From positions 9,271 through 73,270 of the forward strand of contig JAJYIR010000006.1 in assembly GCA_021789935.1 (NCBI GenBank): 64,000 nt of DNA, in the 5' to 3' direction. The notes beneath the pieces are model-generated. The model was given only the letters and a program-made list of their open reading frames with translations. It searched no databases and was not told the DNA's origin. Position numbers and translations under genes: made by a program. This DNA comes from Nitrospirota bacterium (lineage in GTDB: Bacteria > Nitrospirota > Thermodesulfovibrionia > Thermodesulfovibrionales > JdFR-88). Below are positions 9,753 through 21,377 of this stretch, piece by piece (position 1 is the stretch's first letter; each line of letters opens with the position of its first letter).

Positions 9753-10067
9753 GGTCTCCTTTTTTCTGTGTTCGGGGAAAAAAGCCAGTGTATTCGGCGG
9801 GTTTACAGTGACGTAGTTTTCATCCGCGTACAGCAATTTTGATATTAAAGCTTATCAGCTTTATGCTGTCCCTGTCAACAAGCAGGGTTTACCGCCGGAT
9901 ATTTACTAAAAGACCTTTCAAGGTTTTTTGGTTTTACCCGGACGGCCAAAATCGGCGGCGCGGCCCGGAAATCTGACCGGGCCGCCCAACAAATACATCG
10001 GCTTGGTTGAATATGGACCGCGTTTTGAGATAATTTAACTACCTCTACCCGAAAACAAGGAGCCGAT

Positions 10068-11480
10068 GTGAAGAACAAGCTAAATGCGGGCGCAGCCGGC
10101 CACAATGAAATTCTTGCCTTGCAGGCCAGGCGGCTGTACGACCTCCAACCGGCAGGGATGCTAATGAGTTTCCTGAATGCGATAATCGTTTCGTTTGTTT
10201 TAAGGGCCGCAATACCCCGCTTAAACCTGATAATATGGCTTTCAGCCGTTATGCTCATGATTGTCATCCGGGCGGTCCTTCTGATACGTCTGAGGAGCAT
10301 AAAGATAGGGCCTGAATCGGCTGAGACCTGGGCAAAACGCGCAATAGCGGGGCTGATCTTTCCCGGGCTCATATGGGGGAGCAGCGCGTTTTTGATATTT
10401 CCGGGAAATTCCCCGGAATACCAGGTATTCATCGCGTTCGTGCTGGGCGGAATGGCCGCCGGGGCGGCCGCCACATTTGCTCAATTAAAAGGTGGATATC
10501 CCGCCTTCAGCGTTCCGGCCCTTGTCCCGCTTGCGGTAAGGTTTTTCCTCCTGCCGGGTGAATTCCATATTGCCATGGGCATTATGGTAACGCTCTTCCT
10601 GGCAGGCCTCTGGTGGGTCTCCCTGCGCAATTACCAGGTGAACCTGACCGGCCTGCTGCTCCGGTTCGAAAACAGGAAGGTCATCGAACACCTTAAGCGG
10701 ACAAAACAGGAAGTGGACGCGCTCAATCGCACATTGTACCAGGAGATAGAAGCCAAACAAAAGGCCGAATCAGAGCTGAGGCTGCACCAGGAGCGCCTGG
10801 AAGCCACCGTGGATGTACGGACGGAGGAATTAAAAAAATACAGGGACAGCCTGGAGGGCATAATAGAGCAGAAGGAGATATTGCTGCGGGAGCTGTACCA
10901 TCGGACAAAAAACAATATGCAGGTGATCTCCAGTCTCATCGGGCTTCAGTCAGCATCCGTCTCCGACGGCCGGATACTTCAGATGTTCCGTGACACGATA
11001 AACCGGATACAGGCGATGGCCCTCGTTCATGAAAAACTCTATCAGTCAAGCGACCTCTCCAGCGTCAACATGAAAGAATATCTGGGGGACCTGGCCAATG
11101 CCCTCATCGAAAGCAATATCCAGGGAAAAGACAATATCACTTTTAAACTGGAAGCCGACAACCTCCCCCTGCCGATAGACGTAATAATGCCGTGCGGCCT
11201 CATCATCAATGAGCTCATATCCAATTCTCTGAAGTATGCCTTTACCGGTGGCGGAGGCGGGGAGATAAGGATATCCTTCCACCAGAAAGAGGATGGCAAG
11301 ATGGAGATCATTTACGCGGACAACGGCCCGGGGTTCGCGCTCATCGATTTCAAAGAGATCAAAACCCTCGGCCTGAAGCTGGTCAATAATCTGGTTACCA
11401 AACAACTGGGCGGAGACATCCGGATGGTTTCAGGCGAGGGAGCGGAATTTCACATCAGGTTCAGGTTGCCAGGAAGGTAA
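10068..11480 (+). CDS. Membrane sensor histidine kinase (HisKA_2-type H-box), orphan
   Basis: 470 aa with multiple N-terminal TM helices, a coiled coil, the H-box HRTKNNMQVISSL and a C-terminal HATPase region (DNGPGF, GLGLKLV). No adjacent response regulator. Confidence 0.8.
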   Translation: MKNKLNAGAAGHNEILALQARRLYDLQPAGMLMSFLNAIIVSFVLRAAIPRLNLIIWLSAVMLMIVIRAVLLIRLRSIKIGPESAETWAKRAIAGLIFPGLIWGSSAFLIFPGNSPEYQVFIAFVLGGMAAGAAATFAQLKGGYPAFSVPALVPLAVRFFLLPGEFHIAMGIMVTLFLAGLWWVSLRNYQVNLTGLLLRFENRKVIEHLKRTKQEVDALNRTLYQEIEAKQKAESELRLHQERLEATVDVRTEELKKYRDSLEGIIEQKEILLRELYHRTKNNMQVISSLIGLQSASVSDGRILQMFRDTINRIQAMALVHEKLYQSSDLSSVNMKEYLGDLANALIESNIQGKDNITFKLEADNLPLPIDVIMPCGLIINELISNSLKYAFTGGGGGEIRISFHQKEDGKMEIIYADNGPGFALIDFKEIKTLGLKLVNNLVTKQLGGDIRMVSGEGAEFHIRFRLPGR

Positions 11481-11516
11481 ATTTTCAGGTAAATTCAGAA
11501 AAATGGAAGAGGCCGG

Positions 11517-12191
11517 TCATCCGCCGGTGTTCACGGGCCCTCCGCCCTGCCCGAGTTTCTCTTTTACCTGGTCCACCAGGAGCAATACCATCTCTTGTGC
11601 CGCCTTGAAGCCAGCCCTTTCCATATCGATGGACAGGTGATAGTTTCTCAAGTCCGTCCAGTCCTCGCCGGCCATGGCTTCTATGAACCTGGCCCTGTCG
11701 CGGTCTGATTTATCCACAATTTTTCCAGCTTCGGACGCATCGGCAATCCTGTAGATTTCCATTATCCTTCTGACCCTGAACCCCCTTGGGGCATGGATGA
11801 AAACATTCACAAGCCCAGGCTTTCCGCCAAGCACGCGGCGGGCCGCGCGGCCCATTATGACCGAGTCGTATTCATCGCCTATCTTACCGATGACCCTGGA
11901 TTCGATCTCAAAGAGCTCGCGGTCATAGACGGCGTGCATGGGGGGCGGCATGTAAGCGGCCTCCGGAGAACCCACGATAAAGGGCCTTATGATATCTTCA
12001 AGGAAGCCGGAGAGCTTTTCCTCACGCTCTGAAAGGGAGTTCTCCTCGGCCCCGATGATCCCGGCAGCCTGCCTGAGTATCTCCCTGTCAAAGTACCTGA
12101 AGCCAAGGCTTCTGGCCAATGCCTTTCCGATAAAGGAGCCGCCGCTGCCAAATTGCCTTGCTATGGTTATCAGGATTTTTTCTTTTCCCAT
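11517..12191 (-). CDS. Cytidylate kinase-like family protein
   Basis: 224 aa. The N-terminus ITIARQFGSGGSFIGKALARSLGFRYFDREIL is typical of the cytidylate-kinase-like (AAA) family. Confidence 0.7.
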   Translation of the reverse strand: MGKEKILITIARQFGSGGSFIGKALARSLGFRYFDREILRQAAGIIGAEENSLSEREEKLSGFLEDIIRPFIVGSPEAAYMPPPMHAVYDRELFEIESRVIGKIGDEYDSVIMGRAARRVLGGKPGLVNVFIHAPRGFRVRRIMEIYRIADASEAGKIVDKSDRDRARFIEAMAGEDWTDLRNYHLSIDMERAGFKAAQEMVLLLVDQVKEKLGQGGGPVNTGG

Positions 12192-12238
12192 TCCCCACCC
12201 GGGAAGATATTTTTTCTATTTTTCAATCTATTGAGAGT

Positions 12239-13804
12239 TTAGTCAATTATTATTTCTCTTTCCTCAGGCGCCTGCCCTCCCCTTAAAAGAAACACAAGGG
12301 GAACTGAGAAGATAAAAAGGACCATTACAAGCGAGAAGACATGGTTATAGGAAAGCATCGAGGCCTGCCTCTGAAGCTGCCCGTTCAATATGCCCAGGGC
12401 CTTGTATCTTGCGGCCGCCAGGCCGCCGCCCTGCTGCGCCATTGCGCCCGTCATTGTGTGCACGAAATTTACGGCGTTTGGCGTGAAGGGCGTGACGTTT
12501 CTCACAAGGCCCGCCCTGAAGATTTGCTCCCCGCGTGTAAGCTCCGTGGCGGTGACGGCGATCCCCACGCTCCCGAAAACCTGCCGGACGACATTATATA
12601 GCCCGCTTGCGGCGGTCATTTCGCTCTTTTTTATGGTGGACAGAGCCGCCGTCGTAAGCGCCACAAATACCATGCCGAAGCCCGCACCCTGCAGGGACTG
12701 CGGGATAAAGAGGTCCCAGAAACCAACGTCAAGGGACATGGTTGAAAGCTGCCAGAATGAAAAGGCAGTCATAACAAGCCCCAGGCTTATCAGCACTTTG
12801 GGGCCAAGCCTGTTATAAAGCCGCCCCCCAACGGGCATCATCACCGCCATTGCCAGGCTCCTGGGCATAAGCACAAGCCCTGAATCCAGGGCCGGATAAC
12901 CAAGCAGCTGTTGGAGAAACAGCGGCAGAATGAAAAGGCTCCCGTACAGGCCCATACCCAGCACTCCGCCGATCATCGTGCCCGAGGTAAAGGGCAGGTT
13001 CTTAAGCAGGCGCAAATCCACGGCTGGTTTTTCCGCCACTAGCTCCCGCCAGATGAAAAACAAAATGCCCGCAAAAGAGGCCGCGGCAAGCCAGATTATC
13101 ATTCCGGACTGGAACCAGTCTTTCTGCTCACCTTTTTCGAGCATGAGCTGAAGCGCCCCCAGCCCGATCACGAGAAGCCAGAGCCCGAGGAAATCTATCT
13201 TCCCCTTTTCCCTCTTAAGATATGGCGGATCGTGCAGGAACCGCGCCACAAGCAGCATATTTATGATGCCTATGGGTATGTTTATGAAGAAGATCCAGGG
13301 CCAGGAATAATTGTCCGTAAGCCAGCCGCCGAGGGTGGGGCCGAAGGCCGGGCCGAGCACCACGCCAAACCCGTATATGCCCATCGCCATCCCCTGCTCC
13401 TCCGGCGGGAAGCTCTCCCTTAATATGGCCTGGGATACGGGTATGACCGCTCCGCCGCCAATCCCCTGCAATATTCTGAAAAACACCAGAGAGCTCAGGT
13501 TCCAGGAAATGCCGCACAGGAAGGAGCTTGCCGTAAAAAGAAAAACATTTACCATGTAAAGCCTCTTCCGGCCGAACCGGGAGGAAAGCATGCCCACTAT
13601 CGGCATTATTATCACGCTTGAAAGCATATAGCCCGTGGCGACCCAGGTTATCTCCTCCACGCTGACACCCAGATTGCCGCGCATATAAGGCAGCGCAACA
13701 TTTACAATGCTTGTGTCCAGGGCGCTCATTATCGTCCCGGTTATGACCGTCAGCGCAATCAGCCATTTGTTTTCCACTCCGTATGTTTTGACTTCGTTAT
13801 TCAT
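12239..13804 (-). CDS. MFS transporter, DHA2 (EmrB/QacA-like) drug-efflux family
   Basis: 521 aa, about 14 TM helices, MFS loop motif MLSSRFGRKRL. Downstream of a TetR regulator. Confidence 0.85.
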   Translation of the reverse strand: MNNEVKTYGVENKWLIALTVITGTIMSALDTSIVNVALPYMRGNLGVSVEEITWVATGYMLSSVIIMPIVGMLSSRFGRKRLYMVNVFLFTASSFLCGISWNLSSLVFFRILQGIGGGAVIPVSQAILRESFPPEEQGMAMGIYGFGVVLGPAFGPTLGGWLTDNYSWPWIFFINIPIGIINMLLVARFLHDPPYLKREKGKIDFLGLWLLVIGLGALQLMLEKGEQKDWFQSGMIIWLAAASFAGILFFIWRELVAEKPAVDLRLLKNLPFTSGTMIGGVLGMGLYGSLFILPLFLQQLLGYPALDSGLVLMPRSLAMAVMMPVGGRLYNRLGPKVLISLGLVMTAFSFWQLSTMSLDVGFWDLFIPQSLQGAGFGMVFVALTTAALSTIKKSEMTAASGLYNVVRQVFGSVGIAVTATELTRGEQIFRAGLVRNVTPFTPNAVNFVHTMTGAMAQQGGGLAAARYKALGILNGQLQRQASMLSYNHVFSLVMVLFIFSVPLVFLLRGGQAPEEREIIID

Positions 13805-13858
13805 CTTTTTACTTCAATGGGCACCCAAAAGAAATTTTTTGCCTTTTTTATTTTCCTT

Positions 13859-14470
13859 TTATTTCCGGTAACCAATCAGAAGCGCATCAACAAGGGTGAG
13901 GGCCACAATACCGCTTCTGTCTTTGGGGACGGCCGCGCCATATATGGTCTTCGCTATCAAGCCGTGCGAGGCTATCACAAGGGTGTCCACCATCACCTCC
14001 ACGTCTACCTCTCTCAGTTTCCCGGAGTTTATGCATTCCTGCACCATCTCCTTGAAAGCGAAATAGGTATTGCGCGCCATGGACCCTCTTTCAACCAGCT
14101 CTTCCCTTGTCCCGTAAACGCTCTTTGTGAAGAAAATCAATTTGTACTGATTTGGGTTTTCAAGCCCAAAGTTCATTAAATAAAGCAGGGCCTGGCGAAG
14201 GGTCTCGACAGGGTCCCGGGGAAGGACTGTCCGGATGCGATTCAATTGAGCGGAAAAATGCCCAAAAAACTCTTCACATATGGCAAAAAGCAGGTCGTCC
14301 TTGTTCTTGAAATAAAGATAAATCGTGGTCGGCGAATAATCTATCTTTTCGGCGAGCCTGCGCATGGAGAATTTTTCATAACCTTCGTGGATAAAAAATT
14401 CCCTCGCCGCACCCAGGATGTCCCGGCGGAACTCCTCTTTGTACCTGGCCCTTTTCTCTTTTACACCCAT
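13859..14470 (-). CDS. TetR/AcrR family transcriptional regulator
   Basis: 203 aa with an N-terminal HTH (FSMRRLAEKIDYSPTTIYLYFKNKDDLL). Confidence 0.85.
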   Translation of the reverse strand: MGVKEKRARYKEEFRRDILGAAREFFIHEGYEKFSMRRLAEKIDYSPTTIYLYFKNKDDLLFAICEEFFGHFSAQLNRIRTVLPRDPVETLRQALLYLMNFGLENPNQYKLIFFTKSVYGTREELVERGSMARNTYFAFKEMVQECINSGKLREVDVEVMVDTLVIASHGLIAKTIYGAAVPKDRSGIVALTLVDALLIGYRK

Positions 14471-14483
14471 TTTTTTAAAATTC

Positions 14484-14517
14484 CTTAACGCTCATCTCTA
14501 ATATTAACAGCGTTAAG
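14484..14517. promoter_or_regulatory. Inverted repeat, candidate TetR operator upstream of the tetR-MFS operon
   Basis: cttaacgct (14484-14492) and agcgttaag (14509-14517) are perfect 9-bp inverted repeats, 14-47 nt upstream of the tetR start codon. Confidence 0.45.
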
Positions 14518-14610
14518 TAAAACAATTCGGATTGTTTTTTGTCAAGCGAGGGGGGTGTCCAATTCTTCGACGGAAAAGAAAAACAACAGTTACAGCGGTT
14601 TTTTCTTTTT

Positions 14611-15417
14611 CTACCCCATATCCCCCAGTAGGAACTGCACCAGTCCCACGGCCATTATGGCCGCGGTTTCGGCCCTGAGAATTCGAGGCCCAAGGCTTGC
14701 CAGGTAAAAGCCATTTCCAGACGCCTGGGCGGCCTCTTCTTCGGAAAAACCTCCCTCCGGCCCCACTGCCAGGTAGATATACCGGCCTTCCGCTCCTTCA
14801 ACCGGGCTGCCCTGCCCATCGCAAAAATCAAAAAAACGTTTTTTTGCAAGCTCTTTGAGTCCCGGGCCGCCTTTTTCCCAGAATATTATGCCCGGCCCTT
14901 TTTGGGCCTCCGAAGGCTCTCCGGCGCCGCCGGGACCGGGACCGGGAGAGAAAAAATCCGTGAAAGCCATAGGTTCCTTCATGACCGGGGCCACCGCCCT
15001 GCCGCACTGCCTTGCCGCCTCGACCCCTATTTTCCGCCACCTTTCCAGCTTCCTGGTCTCCCTCATCCGGATGTCCACCTGGGTCCGCCCGGTTATCAGC
15101 GGACGGATTTCAGATACTCCGAGTTCCGTTGCCTTCTGGATAACGAAATCCATCTTCTGGCCCTTTAATATCCCTTGCAGGAGACGAATGCCGAGGGCCG
15201 ATTCCTTTCCGGCGTTTTTGGATATCTCTTTTATCTGGATGGAAAAGCGATCGCGGTCCAACCGGGTGATAATGCCCCTTGCCTCCTTGCCCCTGGCGTC
15301 GAAAAGCAGGACCTCGTCCATGGGTTTGGCCCGGAGAACGTTTTTTGCGTAATTAAATTCTTCCGGGCGGAGTTCGATGGTTCCTGAATCGGGGAGATCA
15401 GGACAGTAAAGACGCAT
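14611..15417 (-). CDS. rsmE: 16S rRNA (uracil1498-N3)-methyltransferase
   Basis: 268 aa with the C-terminal SPOUT motif LAVGPEGGFSEEE. Follows dnaJ, a common arrangement. Confidence 0.85.
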   Translation of the reverse strand: MRLYCPDLPDSGTIELRPEEFNYAKNVLRAKPMDEVLLFDARGKEARGIITRLDRDRFSIQIKEISKNAGKESALGIRLLQGILKGQKMDFVIQKATELGVSEIRPLITGRTQVDIRMRETRKLERWRKIGVEAARQCGRAVAPVMKEPMAFTDFFSPGPGPGGAGEPSEAQKGPGIIFWEKGGPGLKELAKKRFFDFCDGQGSPVEGAEGRYIYLAVGPEGGFSEEEAAQASGNGFYLASLGPRILRAETAAIMAVGLVQFLLGDMG

Positions 15418-16538
15418 TAACTGCCGGCCGCGAATATGCCCCGGAGCTTATCTTTCAGGCTTCCTTTGGGGGCAAAGGGCTCTCCGGCGTGTTTGGCAAG
15501 CTCCTCGAGGAGTTCCCTTTGCTTTTCATCAAGCTTTTGGGGGATAAGCACCTTTGCAATCACAATATGGTCACCTTTTGATTTTTTGCCGAGATGAGGC
15601 ATGCCTTTGCCCTTTAACCTGAATGTCTGTCCGGGCTGCGTGCCGGGCGGCAGGTGCAGCTTCTCGGGCCCCCACAGGGTATTTATCTCAAGGTCCACTC
15701 CAAGGGCCGCCTGTGCAAAGGACACCGGCTGCTCGAACACTATATCGTCGCCGTCCCGTTTGAACTGCTGGTGCTCCCTTATGTTCACGACCACGTAAAG
15801 GTCTCCGGATGGGCCGCCGTTCGCGCCGCCCTCACCCTCTCCCGTCACCCGGAACCTCATGCCGTTTTCCACCCCGGCCGGGATGTTTATAGTAAGCTCC
15901 CTTTCCACTCTGATGCGGCCCGTGCCGCGGCACTTTTCGCAGGGTTTCTGGATTATCCTCCCCGTGCCGCGGCATCTGCCGCAGGCACGGCTTACGGAAA
16001 AGAAGCCTTGCTGGTATCTTATGTGGCCGGATCCGGCGCATTCAGGACAGACCGTAGTCTGCCCGGTGGCGGAACCCGTCCCCCGGCACTCCGCACAGTT
16101 CACGCTGCGCGGCACTTTGATGGATACCTTTCTTCCGGAGAAGGCCTCTTCCAGGTCTATATCCACATCGTATCTCAGGTCCTGGCCTCGTTCGGGCCGG
16201 GGGCCGCGTCTGCCCCCGCCGAAAGCCGCACCGAAGAATTCCCCGAAGATGTCCTCGAAGATGTCCCCGAAGCCGGTGGCCCCGAAACCCGCTCCGCCAA
16301 AACCTCCAAAATTGGGGCCGCCGGCACCGCACTGTCCTGTGCTGTCGTATTCGCTTCTTTTCGCCGGGTCGCCAAGGCAACTGTATGCCTCATTTATCTC
16401 CTTGAACTTCTCCTCGAACTCCTTGTGGCCGTGGTTTCTGTCCGGGTGATATTTGAGTGCCAATTGCCTGAACGCCTTTTTTATCTCTTCCTGGGAGGCA
16501 TCCCGGGCAACACCTAGTTTTTCGTAATAGTCCATCAT
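15417..16538 (-). CDS. dnaJ: Molecular chaperone DnaJ
   Basis: J-domain HPD (KYHPDRN), a G/F-rich linker and four CxxCxGxG zinc motifs (CAECRGTG, CPECAGSG, CGRCRGTG, CEKCRGTG). Confidence 0.95.
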   Translation of the reverse strand: MMDYYEKLGVARDASQEEIKKAFRQLALKYHPDRNHGHKEFEEKFKEINEAYSCLGDPAKRSEYDSTGQCGAGGPNFGGFGGAGFGATGFGDIFEDIFGEFFGAAFGGGRRGPRPERGQDLRYDVDIDLEEAFSGRKVSIKVPRSVNCAECRGTGSATGQTTVCPECAGSGHIRYQQGFFSVSRACGRCRGTGRIIQKPCEKCRGTGRIRVERELTINIPAGVENGMRFRVTGEGEGGANGGPSGDLYVVVNIREHQQFKRDGDDIVFEQPVSFAQAALGVDLEINTLWGPEKLHLPPGTQPGQTFRLKGKGMPHLGKKSKGDHIVIAKVLIPQKLDEKQRELLEELAKHAGEPFAPKGSLKDKLRGIFAAGS

Positions 16539-16645
16539 ATTTATATTATTTTACTTGCCCCTATGTAATTTCAAGTTTTTTGATCGCTGAAGAATAAAAT
16601 CCGTTCTTAAATTTTTGTCCGCCAGGGGCCCGGGGAGACGGAGAC

Positions 16646-16692
16646 GGCGGGATTGCCGGATGGGGCTTACGCTCCATCGCGGCAATCCCGCC
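16646..16692 (-). other. Long GC-rich stem-loop in the dnaK-dnaJ spacer
   Basis: ggcgggattgccg (16646-16658) is the exact reverse complement of cggcaatcccgcc (16680-16692), giving a 13-bp stem. No U-tract follows on the minus strand. Confidence 0.6.
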
Positions 16693-16731
16693 ATTGTGTT
16701 TAACTCTTAGGATTTTTTTGTTTTTTATTTC

Positions 16732-18663
<1,932 letters not shown>

Positions 18664-18754
18664 TCTATTAAGTCCTCCTTCATCTTTTGGTTTTTTTTAA
18701 AATTTTTAAAATAAATATGAAACCTGTTCCCGTCAAGGCAAAAAAACGAAGAAT

Positions 18755-19312
18755 CTATTTTACTTTCTTCGTGGATACAACAACCAGCGATGCCCTGAGG
18801 ACCTTGCTGTTATGCATATAGCCTGTCCTCAATTCTTCAACAACGGTATTGTCATCCACATCTTCCCGCTCCGCCTGCGATATGGCGTGATGGTACCGGG
18901 GGTCAAAGGGCCTGCCCAGGGCATCGATGGGTTTTAGCCCCCATTTCTCAAGCACCCTTTTGAGCTCCCTGAAGGTCATCTCCACGCCCTGCGAAAGCCC
19001 GGCAGGCTCGCCGGTGGCATGCTTCAAAGCGGTCTCCAGGTTGTCAAACGTGGGGAGGAGCTCCTTGATAATGTCCTCACCTGAGCGTCTGCTTATCTCC
19101 TCTTTTTCCCTGGCTGCCATCTTTTTATAGTTTTCAAATTCCGCATACAGCCGGAGATACTTGGCCTTTTCCTCTTCCATTTCCTTTTCGCAGGCCGCGA
19201 TGATCTCCGCCGACGGCCTCTCTTCGATCAACTCTTCCTCCCGGCCCGCGCTCCCATGCTGCTTGTCCAAATCGTGTTCATCAGCCATATCGGTTTTCCG
19301 GCTCCTTTTCAT
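18755..19312 (-). CDS. grpE: Nucleotide exchange factor GrpE
   Basis: 185 aa. The coiled-coil YLRLYAEFENYKK and the C-terminal beta domain are typical of GrpE. Lies between hrcA and dnaK. Confidence 0.9.
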   Translation of the reverse strand: MKRSRKTDMADEHDLDKQHGSAGREEELIEERPSAEIIAACEKEMEEEKAKYLRLYAEFENYKKMAAREKEEISRRSGEDIIKELLPTFDNLETALKHATGEPAGLSQGVEMTFRELKRVLEKWGLKPIDALGRPFDPRYHHAISQAEREDVDDNTVVEELRTGYMHNSKVLRASLVVVSTKKVK

Positions 19313-20325
19313 CGTGAAAGCGCCTCCGTAATAAATCTGGCGGCGGTCTGGACCATGGCTATGGCCCTGGAGTAATCCATCCTCGTCGGGCCTATTACGC
19401 CTATGCTCCCAGCGGTCTTGCCGCCTTGTTTATAAGTGGATACGACCAAACTCAGGTCCTTCATCTCCTTGGCAGGGTTCTCCGAACCGATGAGCACCGA
19501 CGGTCCCTCCACCTCGGCCCCAACCTGCTCCAGGAGTTTAAGCATGAAATGTTTGTCCTCTATGGCCCCCGCTATTTCCCTGATGTGGCTGGAAAAATCC
19601 GGAAGGCCTATAAAATCCGAAAAACCGCATACGTATATATCGCCTGAAGGGAATGTAAGCGCCTCCCTGCATATCTCCACGGCCTTGGTAATCAGGATAT
19701 CACATAACGCCTTCTCCCTCGACATGTCTTTTATAAGTTTAAGGCGTATCTCATCAATCGTATAGCCGGAGAACTCCTGGTTCAGGTAATCCGATATGCG
19801 CCTCAGGGTTTTGGGCGTAAGCCTTTGGCCGGCCTTTATGATCTTGTGTTTTATGGGCCCCTCGTCCGTAAGCAGCACAACAGCTATGTAGTCTCCCCTG
19901 AAGCTGAAAAGCTCTATCCGGTTAAGTGTGGTCCTGCCCGATTTCATGGGCGCCACCAGCCCGAGATACCTGGAGTGCTCCGACAACGTCCTGGCCGCCC
20001 CCTCCAAAAACCCGTTCAGGTCTTCCCGTGTGGCCTCAAGCCGGGATATGAAGGACTCTAAAAAGTCGTCCTCCACATCGCTGTGCCTGGAAATGCAATC
20101 CACATAAAAACGGTACCCCCTGTCCGTGGGGACCCTGCCAGCCGACGTGTGGGGCTGAGCAAGAAACCCGAACTCCTCGAGGTCCGCCATAATGTTTCTT
20201 ATTGTGGCCGGAGACAGGTTGAACGAATAGGTCTTCGTTATGAACCTGGAACCTACCGGTTCATTGGTGTTTATAAAACTCTCCACGATCGCAAAAAGCA
20301 CTTTTTCAGTGCGTTCGTTAAGCAT
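19309..20325 (-). CDS. hrcA: Heat-inducible transcription repressor HrcA
   Basis: 338 aa with the N-terminal winged helix LNERTEKVLFAIVESFINTNEPVGSRFI. A CIRCE operator lies directly upstream. Confidence 0.9.
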   Translation of the reverse strand: MLNERTEKVLFAIVESFINTNEPVGSRFITKTYSFNLSPATIRNIMADLEEFGFLAQPHTSAGRVPTDRGYRFYVDCISRHSDVEDDFLESFISRLEATREDLNGFLEGAARTLSEHSRYLGLVAPMKSGRTTLNRIELFSFRGDYIAVVLLTDEGPIKHKIIKAGQRLTPKTLRRISDYLNQEFSGYTIDEIRLKLIKDMSREKALCDILITKAVEICREALTFPSGDIYVCGFSDFIGLPDFSSHIREIAGAIEDKHFMLKLLEQVGAEVEGPSVLIGSENPAKEMKDLSLVVSTYKQGGKTAGSIGVIGPTRMDYSRAIAMVQTAARFITEALSR

Positions 20326-20371
20326 TTTCCGCCTTTGCTCCCTTTTGCGTTAAGAAACCTTGCCTGCCTTG

Positions 20372-20398
20372 TTAGCACTCATGCATCGAGAGTGCTAA
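20372..20398. promoter_or_regulatory. CIRCE operator (HrcA binding site)
   Basis: ttagcactc-N9-gagtgctaa matches the CIRCE consensus TTAGCACTC-N9-GAGTGCTAA exactly. It lies 47 nt upstream of the hrcA start. Confidence 0.92.
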
Positions 20399-20402
20399 AT
20401 TA

Positions 20403-20431
20403 ATTTAGCAACTTATGGAGCGAGCTGTCAA
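20403..20431 (-). promoter_or_regulatory. Putative sigma70 promoter of the hrcA-grpE-dnaK operon
   Basis: On the minus strand: TTGACA (20431-20426), 17-nt spacer, CTAAAT (20408-20403), immediately upstream of CIRCE. Confidence 0.6.
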
Positions 20432-20500
20432 GGGGGGGCAAAATATATTGGAATAAAAAGGCAGTGGAGGGCGCCGGCCGCTGATACCGGCCCTGCCCCG

Positions 20501-21367
20501 CTACCCTTTTTCTATCCTTGCCTTGATGCCCCAGCCGAGCCTGTCCGCCATGAGCCTGTCGTAGAATTTCCTGGTGAGGAAGGAGTTGGCGTGTATCTCA
20601 TCGTCATAGTACTTTGTCTGTATCTCGAACGGGCGTCTTGCCTGGCGAGGGTCCAGCGATAGGGAGCCTACAGCGAATGTCCACCAGTAGCCGGGATAGG
20701 TGGCCAGGGGGGTTGAGTACAGGTCCACCACGGGGAAGGCATTTTTGAGGATTTCCTGGACCTTTACGACCGTATCCCTGTGGAACAAGAGGGATTCGGA
20801 ATGGGTGACAAAAAAACCGTTTTCCCCAAGGCATTTTTTAACCGAAGAAAAAAAGTCCTTCGTATATAGGCTCCGGGCAAAGCCAATGATATCTGTGGAA
20901 TCCACGATGATGGCATCTATGCCGCCCTTGGGGGCCTTCTTCACGAATTCCGCCCCATCCATGGGCCTTATCTCAACCCTTGGGTCGTCATTGCCGCATG
21001 ATATCGCGGGGAAGAACTTTCTCGACACCTCAATGACCTTCTCGTCTATCTCTATGAAATACACCTTCTCTATGCTTTTGTGCTTGAGGACCTCCCTCAC
21101 CACGCCGCCGTCTCCGCCGCCTATGACGATGACCTGCTTTGGCTCTGGATGGGCGTGCATTACAACGTGCGTTATCATCTCGTGGTAGAAAAACTCATCA
21201 GCCTCGGTCATCTGCACCACGCCGTCCAGAAGCAGCATCCTGCCGAAATCGGAGTTCTCTATGACCATTATCTCCTGGAACCGGCTTTTCTCCTTATGTA
21301 GGATTTTCTCAACCGCGTAGCCGCACTGGACCGGCACAAAAGGCGCGTTTTCGAAAAATTTGATCAT
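20501..21367 (-). CDS. speE: Spermidine synthase (aminopropyltransferase)
   Basis: 288 aa with VIGGGDGGVVREVLKH and DSTD motifs. Preceded by a decarboxylase gene. Confidence 0.9.
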   Translation of the reverse strand: MIKFFENAPFVPVQCGYAVEKILHKEKSRFQEIMVIENSDFGRMLLLDGVVQMTEADEFFYHEMITHVVMHAHPEPKQVIVIGGGDGGVVREVLKHKSIEKVYFIEIDEKVIEVSRKFFPAISCGNDDPRVEIRPMDGAEFVKKAPKGGIDAIIVDSTDIIGFARSLYTKDFFSSVKKCLGENGFFVTHSESLLFHRDTVVKVQEILKNAFPVVDLYSTPLATYPGYWWTFAVGSLSLDPRQARRPFEIQTKYYDDEIHANSFLTRKFYDRLMADRLGWGIKARIEKG

Positions 21368-21377
21368 TTTTACCCCC

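Noticed and set aside
9875-10474. A 199-aa minus-strand ORF overlapping the start of the histidine kinase gene
   Set aside because: It is antisense to the well-formed TM region of the kinase. It has no SD and no recognisable features.
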